Made by a program: the position numbers and the translations under genes | In this document: piece after piece, positions 49,701 to 61,700 of the stretch | Numbering within the stretch: the stretch's first letter is position 1 | How the letters are laid out: each line of letters opens with the position of its first letter | Assembly: GCF_018977255.1 (NCBI RefSeq) | Contig: NW_024704743.1 | Location: 930,001 to 994,000, forward strand | Direction of reading: 5' to 3' | Source of the DNA: Callorhinchus milii | Taxonomy: Eukaryota | Length of the DNA stretch: 64,000 nt | The notes under the pieces: generated by a model | Told to the model about the DNA's origin: nothing | What the model saw: only the letters and a program-made list of their open reading frames with translations | Databases searched by the model: none

Positions 49701-52700
49701 TGAGGGGCTGGTGCAGCCTCGATAGTGCAGGCAAATTGGGTATCTTCACCCTCTATAAAAGGGATGTTCTGAAGACGGTTTAAAAACCTCGGAGGCACTG
49801 GAGGGGTATTTCAACAATATCAGTTACTGATGATGCTTTGCAAATTCTAAGGGTTAATTTCCCTTTTGTCGCTCTCCCAGCAAGATACCCGGTAAAAATA
49901 AGCAAAGTACGCACATTACAATACTTCATACAAAATTATCCCACCAAATCTGGTCCAAGTGTGTCATAGGAACACAGGAGTTGGTCATTCAGCCCCTCGA
50001 GCCTGTTCTGCCTCTCTATAAGATCATGGCTGATCTGTAACTTACTCCAGTTACCTGCCTTTGCCTCATATCCCTTGATACCCCGACCTAACAAATACCT
50101 ATCCACCTCAGCCTTGACACTGGATCCAGCATCCACAGCCTTTTGGGGGAGAGAGTTCCAGATTCCCATTAACCCTTTGGGTGAAAAACTGGCACTCCTA
50201 AATGGCCTGGCTCTAATTTTAAGATGATGCCTATGTTCTGGATTCCTCCACCAGAGAAAATAATTTCTCTGTATGATTTCTCTCATGAACTGACACCTTT
50301 TACTTGTTAAAAGTATTGTTTCAATATTAATACTCTGTTATCCCATTCCAGTTGAATATTCGTTCCGCTGCAAAGCAGATGTCATGAAGTTTTTTTTTTG
50401 GGGTGGTGGGGGTGTCAGCGGAGCGTCTGATTCATGTGCACACTCTCTCCTTGGAGGGATGCATACTGCTTACCTAATTCCGGAAAGTATTAGGCACAGG
50501 TTGGCGAGAGCCAAGGCTTGGGGACCCCAGAGTGTGCATTGGGGTAACTGCTGGAGTCTAACCACCTAAAGCCGCATAGCTTGCCATTGATAGCACTGTC
50601 TGGCAAGCTTTTCCGCTGCTTGTCCAGCTAGGACCACCTTAGCCGTCAGGGCTTTGGCTTGCTGGGGTTAACAGGAGTTGAGGGGGAGGATTCCCTCAAG
50701 CCGGTGTGACTGGTCGGCCCTTCCAGTTCCTGCTGATGAGCCAGGCTGTCATCAGCAGTGCCTTGGAATATTGGACCCGCCTGTCTTCTCTCATCACAAG
50801 CAACTACAGCTTGGCTATCATTAGATTTTTCACAGGACTAAAACTTAGTAATAATAGGGATAAATGGGCATTATCTTAATATAACAAGCCTCGCGTTTGA
50901 TACAGTGTTTTATCACATTGTGAGTTGGGGCCCCTAAAGACTTGTGTCCTTTACCTTGTACAACAATCTTTCCAAGAGTACTGGCATTCCCCGCAGTGCT
51001 GCCCGCAAAACACATGTACTGTCCTGAATCGGCAGCAGTAAGGGTGTCCAGGATCAGGGTACAGGAACCGTCTTCATCCTCTATAACGATGTGATGTCGA
51101 TCCACTTCCACAGGTCTGCCATCTAGTTTCAAAGCATTCAAGCACACGCACGTTGCTAAGGGTTCGGTTATTCTAAAATCTTTCTAATACACAGCAACGT
51201 GCAATTTGCGTTTCAAAATGACACAAGATTCGTTATTTTAATTGACCAAAAGTCAAACAATAAATAAATTAAAGAGACAAATAAACAAACAAATAAACAA
51301 ATAACTAAATAAATAGATGGAGCAATGAAGTAGACAATCCTTCATTTGGTTTAGCACCTTATCAGTTCGACTTGATTCTTCGAACGTTGTAAAACATCAG
51401 CTGCGACAGAGACAGAGAAAAGCAGAGTCGTTACCTTTGTACCATGTGATGATAGGTTTGGGATTTCCTATCACCTGGCAGGCCAGCTTGACAGTCTCTC
51501 CCACTTCGGGGGTACAATCCGCCAACTTCTCCACAAATTGTGGGGGATCTAAAACACACGCATTTTCCTTCGTTTACAACAACAACAACCAACAACAAAT
51601 TACACTCGCGCCGCGCCCCTCACCTCGGAAAGAACGTCCCAGGGTGATGGACAGTCAGGGGATTTTGGACCCAAGCTGAGTGTTGGGGCCACAATTTATT
51701 TGCACATTGTTCTGTCTCCTTAAAAGCTCTTCCCTCACACGAACTCAAGCAATCAAGACTCTTCAACTTTGAAAAGAGAAGTCTCAGAGGCGTTCTTGTC
51801 GAGGTGTATACTGAATGGGATCCAGAGAGCAAACCCAGGAGGATATGGCAGCCAAGCATGACGAAGGTCACTGGTTCAGGGTGGACCAACCCAATGGCCT
51901 TCTTCTGTGCTGTAAATTTCTATGGGTCTAATTCTAGGCAGTTGTGAGGGATCACCCTCTACGCACGGTAATTAATGGGCTACCAAGGAAGGTTGAGGAC
52001 TCGACATTTGTTCTTTTAAGAAACAGCTGAATGCCACAGTTCCCAAGCCTTGGCTCTTGTCAACCTGCGCCGATAATTTCTCCAGATAGCGAGAGAGAGA
52101 GAGAAAGAGAGAGAGAGCGTACTCCATTCCAACAATCTATCTCTGGGGTTTCCATGTGTTTGTGGGGGGCCTGGAATTCTCAGCTTGGTTTGGAGAATCT
52201 TAAGCAACGATGATGGGTTTCTGCGTGTGTCAGACCTCCCCCCCAAAAAAAGTTCTATTGGGACGATGCTGGAAGGGTGACATTAGCTGAAGAGCCTTCG
52301 TCATCCAAACCCTGTGATGTCTAAGCCTCACTGTAGTGGTTACAAGATATCCAAACAAAGTTAAAAATAATTTTTTTCACACAGAGCACGAAAGGTAGGG
52401 TAGCTCCAAATTGTGGCAACAAAACAAAAATGTGCGAAAACCCTGGCTTCAAAAGAAAAAAAAAAGTCGTCAAGCACAAAAGAACAACTCGTACATTTGA
52501 GCCTTGGCCGGGCACTTACTCCAATCTCGCAGCGTGAAGCGTTGTTGGATGCCACACATGTCTTTCACCCACGAGGTCTTTGTGTTCGCGGTCCGTGCTT
52601 GCAGGGTGTATTTACGCACAGAGTCCTCTCGTTCGTGCCAGATTTCAAAGGACCGCTCGTCGCCCTCCACCATTTCATTCAGATCAGTGTTCGTGAGCTT

Positions 52701-55700
52701 CGGGAAGAAAAGAGGTGTTTAAGTTGATGCACCGTGAATTATTTATTTATTTTCTTTTTTTTTAAAAAAAACGGCTCGCCGAAAAAATTATACTGACAAG
52801 GATTCAGGAAATCCTGAATAAAAAGCTACCGTTTGCAAAGATTTTCCCAAGTACCACGTAAAGAGATTATTCTTTTTTGGTAGTTTTAAATGTTTTAGAA
52901 AAAAAGGCAAGGCACTTCCCGACCCTTTTTCATGCTAGCTTCCTGATATAGGGTGTCTGGCTCAGTGAGCAGCACTCTCTCTCTCTCTCTCGCGCCTCCG
53001 AGTCAGAAAGATTCAAGTTCCACGTTGGAACTTTGAACTCGTACGGTCTAGGCTGCACTCCACGCTTTGGCCGCGTTTTGCGCGAATCAGCGCTGTTAAA
53101 AAGTTGCGATCGCCAAGAAACTCGACGCTTGAAGCCAGGCGCGGGTGCCAACCTTCATCAGGTTTTTAAAGACGTAGCTTTGCGAGTCTGTCCTGCTGTC
53201 TCTTTTGGGCTTGCAGATCAGGACGTGGTTCTTGAACAGAAAGACGTTTCGCTTGTGACCTTTCCAAGACAAGCGTGCTCCAGGAGCTCCCTCCCACACA
53301 ATGAAGTGTCCCTGCAAAACAAAACCCAGGAGGATGTAGCTTATTCACAGGTTTTGCACCGTTAAAAACAGAATAGCAAACTTCCCCTCGGCAATGCAAT
53401 ATCCCTTCATTTACTGGACGGTTTCACAGACGCGTCATTAGGGCTTAGAACATCAGAACGTAGAATTTCCAGATGATAGACCAAGGTCAATCCAGTTTGC
53501 CTTCCACCGTCCTGGCAGTCGCTGGCACATGTCATGTCACAAACTATGTGCTGCATCCTAAGGTATTACTTCCTCCGAGATATTATTTCCTAAAAGGCTG
53601 GTTCTAGCTACAAAAGGATGGATGAACGGATGTTACTTGGAAATATGATGATTACACCAACTTGTCCGTTTGTCACCAACACCGGCAGTGCAGCCAGGCG
53701 TTTTCAGTCTCCACAATCAAACTGACCGGATTTTCTCACACAGAACTCTCGAGGCAGGTAGGAAATGTGGGAGAAAAGGGGAGCCGAGGGCTGTAAATTA
53801 GCGTTGGCCAAATAAATACACAGGGCCAACGTTGAGCGACGGACACAACTTGTGCCTGACATTATGCGAGTTTGCGCACAGACCTGCGTCTCACAAAGAC
53901 AGCAGCAATTTCTTGCAGCACGCCATTTTACAAACTTACATTTATATCGTGCTTTTCAAGTCAGGACTACATCCCAAGGCACTGGACAGACTAGGATTAT
54001 TTGTACCTGAACTGGGGTTGGGGTTTGGAAAGGGGGAAAGATAGATGAAAGAGTAAGGTCTCGAGATGAACACTGAAGGAAATTGAAGGGACTTTGAATT
54101 GAGGGGAAATTGTAAATTGAAGGGACTCCAGGATGGAGTTCCTGAGACTGCAGTACTCTAATTGGGGATTCTATCATCCCCTACTTAGTGGAATCCCAAT
54201 CTTTGTTAAGTTATAAGGGACAGATGGATATCGAAGATATACAGTTTTCACTGAGTGATATAATTTGAAGACAAGTTATCCCAAACTTCTTTTATTTTCA
54301 GTTCAAGCTGAGTTTTTCACGTTGCTCCAAATTAACATTGAAGCCGAGGTCTCGCCTGCGCCTGTTCAGGTGGATGTCAAAGATCCCGCGACCCTATTTG
54401 AAAAGAGAAGGGAGTTTCTCTCTCTCGGTGTCCTGGCCAACAATCCCCCAGAAAAATTTAAGTTGTTCACTTCAAGGCTGTTTGCGGACAGTCCTATGCG
54501 CAAATTGGCTGCCTACACATACACAACAACAACAACATTACATTTGTACAGCGCCTTTCATGTCGGGAGGACGCCCCAAGGCGCTGGACAGACAGAGTTA
54601 CGGACCCGAGCTGAGGGTCGGGGTGGGGGTTGGCGGGGGAAGCAGGGAGAGCGGTAGCACGGTCGAAGAGGAGGGTCTTGAAGTTGGCGAGGGATGGGGA
54701 GAGACACAGTAACACAGAGGCAAACTGAATGGACCTGGACCTTCTTTCAAATGCAAGGATTATTATTATCATTATTATTATTATCATATTCTTTCGCCTG
54801 GCAGTCCTTGTGCTCTTACGTTCTTAAGTGCTTTGAGACATTCGGCGATGACACAGGACTCCGTATCAAATACAATGATTATTTATTATTTAAGCAAAGA
54901 GGAGAATACCTGTCTGATGGGGTCACCGAGAGATTCCAAGGTGCCTGGGTAGTTCTCGATCATCGAGACGTGGATGCTGTTGTCTGCACGTCTGGGCAAG
55001 GCAGACACCACAGCATACGCCTCTTCTAACAAAGCACAGTTTTTGTTGTTTCTTGCTTTATTTCGAATTAGTTCCTGGAAGAGACGAATCTTTCTTTCAT
55101 ACAGCAAATAAGAGTGCAACCAAACCGAACGATTTATGGGACGCCGATATCCGTAATTCACAAGACTGGTATTTAAATATGAATCAGGTGGTCAGTACAA
55201 TCATTAAGTCCGACACCTTTCCGCGTGTTTCATTAACATGTGTGCAGTTAAATTGCATTTCAAGCTCATAAAGATTAGTGCCAGCTTCCGCTTGTCACAT
55301 AAACAGTCACTCTCGGTCTTAGTGTGCAGCATCTTAACCCACCACCACCAACAACAACTTGCGTTTATATATTAATATAACAATAGTTATATCACAAATG
55401 GTTTGTCGTGGGGCTGGGGGGGGGGGAATGTGAAACACCAGTTGCAAACCTTGTGAATGTAAACCAAACGGTACACTTTCTAGGTAAGGTGACGCGAGGG
55501 GAAGTGATAAGGCACTATACCAAATGCAAGGATTATTATTTATTATTAAATCACCTTGAGAATGCTTTGGTACTTCAGGAGTCTGTTGGGCGGATACTCC
55601 AAGTAAGCGTCTATGGACAACACCGGAGTTTCTGATGAGCCATGTGTGGCTGACACTTCCTCCGTATATTTCTGAGGAAGCAACATGAACCATGAGAAAG

Positions 55701-58700
55701 ACAACTCGACACTTGACATTGTATTCAATCACCTCGGACCCAGCTCAGCTCGAAGGAGGTCCTGCTCGCCTTCCTCCCTCCTCCCCACCACCCCACCAGA
55801 GGAAGCTTCCTGCTCTGTGTGGTTCAATTCCTCGGCGATAGGTTTAATAACTGAGTCTGGTCTGAGGTTCGCCGAAAGATTACTCACATTATAAAAGTCC
55901 TGGACAGTTGGGTTGGTAGCATGAGATTCGGCTTGTACCCTTCCAACCAGGTACTGCAAGTATTTATCAAATCCATCATTGTTCTTGATGAAACACAAAG
56001 CGATGTCGTCGTCTGTCTGACATTGCCTGAGATCATTCAGGAAGGTGCTGAAACAAAGAGACACATTCTCAGTTGGCGAATATTTGGTTTAGTTTCTCAC
56101 ATCTCCATCCAGTTCCCTCCCCACCCCCACCCCGCCCCTCCCCCCTCCAAAATGATTTATGTTCTCGGGATCTGTAGCCACTTTCAGCGGTGAGGATAGA
56201 AAAAAGTAAAAAAGAAACTCGTATTATTACCAAGCCATCGCAGATCTCTTGACAGTGCCAAGCCAAGGGGAGGGGACCGTAGGCACAGTCAAAGAGGAAG
56301 GTCTTCAGGCATGACCTGAAGCTGGGGAAGGAGGGGGCAAGGCCGAGGGATAGAGGGAGAATATTCCAGAGTATCGGGGCTTAGTGGTTGAAAGCGCGGC
56401 CATTGATGGTGGAACGGAGGGCCAAGGGGCAAGCAGGAGGCCCAGGGCCAGACGCGTGGAGGGAGCAGGTTGGGAAGTAAGCGGGTCAGAGAGGTAGGAA
56501 GGTGCCAGGGATTGAAAGGAGCCAGAGGAGCCTGGCAAGAACTGATGTGATGGGGGTACAGAGTTTAGTGGAGGTGCGGAGTTCTCGATTAACTGGATTT
56601 GGACTAACAAAACGCCTCAGTGTTTGCTTATACCCACTCGATCATTGACTGCTCATCACTACAATACCAACCTGTAGTGGAAATCTGCAATTTCATTAAC
56701 ATTTCGAAATATGGCCCCTTTGACGTTCGCAACTGAGAGTGGGACATCAGGGCTGGTTTCTGTATGTTTCACATGGTGTTTGACAAAGAACTGCATGTCT
56801 CTAACGTACTCCTCTTCCGATATAATCAGATCCTGCACAAAGAGGCTGCGAAGGGAAAACACACAGGAAAATGTTAAGTATTAATCTGTACTTCACACTC
56901 TCAATCCATTCCCCTGCTAAGATCTTCCTTCAATCTTCTTGTGTCTGTCCTATATTTATGTCCCCAGTAACTAACTCCCTACCAACAACAACAACAACTT
57001 GCATTTACACAGCGCCCTTCACGCGTGGTTGGGCCCCAGAGCACTTCATAGTGGCGGTGTCTGACCCTGAGTCAGGGGGGCAGCCAATTGCGATCAGCAG
57101 TGTCCCACAAACAGTTGTGGATTGAGTGAATTTTTTTTTTGAGCGATCGTTACCCTCAGAAAGAGATCCGCCAATCGACTAACAACTGGATTCCTACTCG
57201 CCACTAAGTAAACAGAGGTGTGTGGAGTAAGGTTTCGCCCTGGCCGGGAATTGAACCTGGATCCTCTCGCTTGCGAGGTGCGCGCGTTAACCGCTGCTAC
57301 GCGACTCCAACGGGAATCTACGGGAACGCAATGGTTCAGCGATCAGAGCAGAAACCCTTCCCCTTCCCCGGCAGCGGTCCTCGGGCTAATTGTGGCACCT
57401 TAACTACACTGGCTGAGATTAGCTAATTCAGTACAGACCAGAATTAGACTCCGCAATTGCTTAGTCCTTCTAATCTAATGCTAGGCAGGACAAGCCGAAT
57501 GGCTGACAATGCAGTGGGAAATGACAGCCAAAGTACTCACTATAGCCTTTTCTTGTATTCATCTTCCGATACCACCTCCCCAAGGAACTCAGGGCTATCC
57601 ACTGCAACTTCAGGTGACAACTGTCAAGGGAGAAAAAATGTTTCAGTTCAAGATCACTACAAGTGGGGAAAACTTTCAACCGTTCTCCCCCTGCTCTTTG
57701 GAACTCCATCCTGAAGTCACTCCCTCCATCCTTACTTTTAAAACCCATCTTAAGATTTAACTCTTTGATTGCCCTTTCAACCATCTTCCCCCCACCCCAC
57801 CCCCCTCAGGTGCCCAGTAGTATGAATGTCTGATGCTTTTAACATTAGGACTGGCTATGTGGGAGTCTGTTTTTCCCAGGTGAATTGGTAGAATTTAACA
57901 TGAGGCGTAAACCCTCCATTTTTTTCTCTCTCTGAAGCAGAGATGTTTCTCTGGTAAGTGTGCTTTGTGCGAGGGTTTCACTGATGTTACACGGTTTACC
58001 TTTAATCTTTTATCCAGGTAGGCAGGTGAGACCCAGCCCTGCCTGGCAGGAGTGGATTTGGTGGGCTTGGTCCTGACCAGCCATTTCAGAGGATGTGCAG
58101 AGTCGAGGACTTCCACATACTGCCCCTCCTTCAGGTGGATGGATTCCTTGTCAGCAGGTACCGGGTTATAGTCTGCTGAGGCCATGTAGATGTCAAAAAT
58201 CTGCCAAGAGAAAGGGAGCGACGTTTTATTGAAACCATTTGCTTATTGTTTCTAACAGCTCGTTGGACCATGTTCTAACTCGTCATTGAACTGTGAGCAA
58301 ACATACTTGGTCCATACACTTTCTATGGTTATACAGTATTGTAAAGAGAAGTCCACTACAATAAAAATGACATTTGTATAACATCTTTCAGGTCGAGAGG
58401 ACGTCCCAAGGCGCTGGACACTAGATTTGGACCCGAGCTCGGAGGTTTGATCAGGAAGGGTGGAGGGCAGGGAGGGTTGGGGTAGGAGGGTGAACGGACG
58501 CGATGTCGAAGAGGAGGGTCTTGAGACGTGCCTTGAAGGAGACAAGGGAGGGGGCGAGGCGAAGGGACTGCAGGATGGAGTTCCAGAGGGTGGGAGCAGA
58601 GAGGCTGTAACAGTAACAAAGAGCAGTAACAACCTCACCTGACATTTTTGTGTGCTATACAACATGAAGACGAGAGAGATGGCTACTGCCACAAATAGGA

Positions 58701-61700
58701 GGTCCGCTGATTAAGAACCAGTAGCCAACAGGTCTTGTTAGTAAAATTAAAGCCATTTGTCCTAACAAGATTGTGTTTGATCTCACTCTTCCAGTGGAGA
58801 TCAATGCTCTAATCCCAATCCATTGCTCTTTCACCATAATCTCTGATCTTTCTTCTTACCAAATACATATCCAATTCCCTTTCAAATATTGTTATGTTAT
58901 GGTCTTGGCTTCAATAATCGCTTGTGACAAAACATTCCTCCACGTTCAATAATTCTCTGCATGTCCCAACTTTTAACCCACCCACTTAAACCATCCAGAG
59001 TCTAAGGGTCATTTGATACCGTCCTTCCAGAATACCCGACGTACCGTTGATCATATTACAGAATGGTCAACAAATTCAGTGTGCTGGCCACAACCATAAC
59101 CTTCCTGGTTTACTTACCCCTAATGGTAGAGTTGGCAAAAGGCATGAAGGACCAAGTGGCCACCTTCAATGATTCTATAAGTGCTTTGAGACAACTTGAC
59201 ATGATCGAGCTCCGCATCAAATACCCGTGTTATAAAATACAAAAGCTATACAACTAGAAGGATGAATAAGAAACTGCCAGCATCTACCTCGCCTCTCGTT
59301 TCCCCGTCCTCAGACTCGGAGGAGGATTCGTTGACGATAGAGGAAGGTCTGGATCTCCCATGGCGTGGAGACGGCGACGGAGTCTTCGATTCATCATCGC
59401 TGTCCGCTCCGGGGACACGAAGAGAAGCTGCAACAACAGAAACTTTGGACTAATAATCTTCATTGTATTTTGTGTGGTGCCTTTCACTCAGAAGCCTATC
59501 TCAACGTGCTTTACACGAACCCTGCCTTGAGTTTGGCCCTGCCTGGGAAACAAATCCGGGTCCTCACTTTCGAGGCGAGCGCTCCAACCACGACACCTCA
59601 AGACTCCACACATTAAGATTGAATAGAAAAATGTCTCAGAATTCTGCGCCGTCGGAGGAGATTCTGGGGCCTCTCGTGCCTTATGTTCTGTGATATCGTT
59701 CTCAGATCCTTAAGCATCTGAGAATTACCTTGGGTGATCTTTGCAGAGACCATTTGGGTGATCTGGGAGGTCAGTTTCTGGAGGAATTCTTCTGTCCCAA
59801 CATCTGCCAGTGAGAAATGTGGTGGGGCTATCGGTGCACCTGCATTAGAAAAAAACACTGAGGGATGGGCAAGCATTTGTCGTGCCAAAAGAATATGACA
59901 AGACATACGCAACAACATATAAGGCCCTTCACATCGGTAGCGTCTTGAGGGCGCTTAATGGTGTCATATAATTTAAATTGCATTGTAACACTTCGCATAA
60001 ATGCAACTAGTTGGCAAGGCACATTCTGCCTCAGGAAGAGAACAATAATAATACTAGTCCTTGCGTTTGCTATAGCGCCTTATCCCGTCTTCGAGACGTC
60101 GCAAAGCTCTTCAAAGAATATACTGCAAAGTGAATTGACTGTGCATTTTGTGGGCGAAACACGGCTGCCAATCGCGCAGCGTCCCCACAAACAGTCGCGT
60201 ATTGAGTGACCAAATTATTATCATTATTCTTCTTGAAGGGGTTATTAACCCCGGAAAGCAACCCGCAAATCGACAAACAACTAGGTTGATATGTACTTAC
60301 AATAAATATTTCTGATTAAGAGTTATAGTCGTAATGTTAACACTAAGTAATCTCGTTTTCAGAGAGATGGGTCGAGCTGCTGTTGATTCTCAGTCAGTTT
60401 ATTTTGGATTTATTTATTTTTTAAATTTCCAGACGTTATTGAAATTTAGCACATGGAATTTGACTTTCTAACCAACTAATAGAAATCGACACAGAACCAG
60501 ATTTCTCTGTTAAAGCTAAGGTCTAAGCGTGTAAAGGATCTACCGACGGTTACTCACCTTCCAACCCTTTGCGGTCGAGGTCTGCAGGTGACCTATACCA
60601 CAACAGCAACGTCACGGTTCAAAGGGAAAGGAACACGGATTTAAAAAATATTAAACGAAGATTAGAATCATTTTTACATTTGACAGAGCCGTTATCAAGT
60701 CAGTGAGACATCTGGTAGCACCTCACAGGAATTTCTGTGACAAATGCAGGAGCCAACATGTGCACAGTCGTGTCGTAACACAGCTATGAAGTGAACAACC
60801 AATTTTATCGGAGGGGTTGTTATCCAGGACATCAGCCGGGTGTCAGACCAAGCTGAGAATTCCCTGTCTCCCACCTACTCATGGAAATTCCAGAGATAGA
60901 TGGTTGGAATGGAATGCACTCTCTTTCTCTCTGGAGGGACGCCCCCCGCTTACCTAATTCTGGAAAGTATTAGGCGCAGGTTGGTGAGAGCCAAGGTGTG
61001 AGGACCCCAGAGTGTGCGTCGGGGTAACTGCTGGAGTCTAATCAGCCACAACATGCCATTGATATCACTGTCTACGGGATTTCTAACCTCCACCTGAACA
61101 GGCAGATGGGACTTTGGCTTAACGTTTGACCGAAGGACAGACCCTCTGTCAATGCAAAGCTCCTCTATCACTGCAAGCACAATTTGCGCTTAAACGGCAG
61201 AAGCTGTCTGTCATCTCATTGGTAAATTTACCCGTTTAAGAATGTTTGCATAAGCTTTTCTTTCATAGTGGTGCTTTCTTCTGTAGGAACTCCAACTTCT
61301 TGCACTGAAAATGCAAAGGACAAACCAAGGTATAAACTAAGAAGCTTGCGCTATACAACAATAATAAGCCTATGCATTAAACTTTATATTTAAGTGATAT
61401 TTCAACTTTATATTTAAATAATATTTTTAAACATTATATTTAAATAATATGTTCAATCTATAGTCGCAAGAGCAACATCACTTTTCAAGTATATTCCGTT
61501 AGAAATGAACTCATTTGAGAACGAATGAACTCAAAGCAAAGCCTTGTTTGAAATTTTTTAAAAAAAGTCAAAAATTCCTTCGTTGTCATGTATCAATTTT
61601 AACGTTTGTGTAAAAAAAACAATTCTGTAAACCAGTCTAAAATAATCTGTTTTTTTGATGTCAAACATAATAGGGTCAAACAACAGATTACAATTGTACA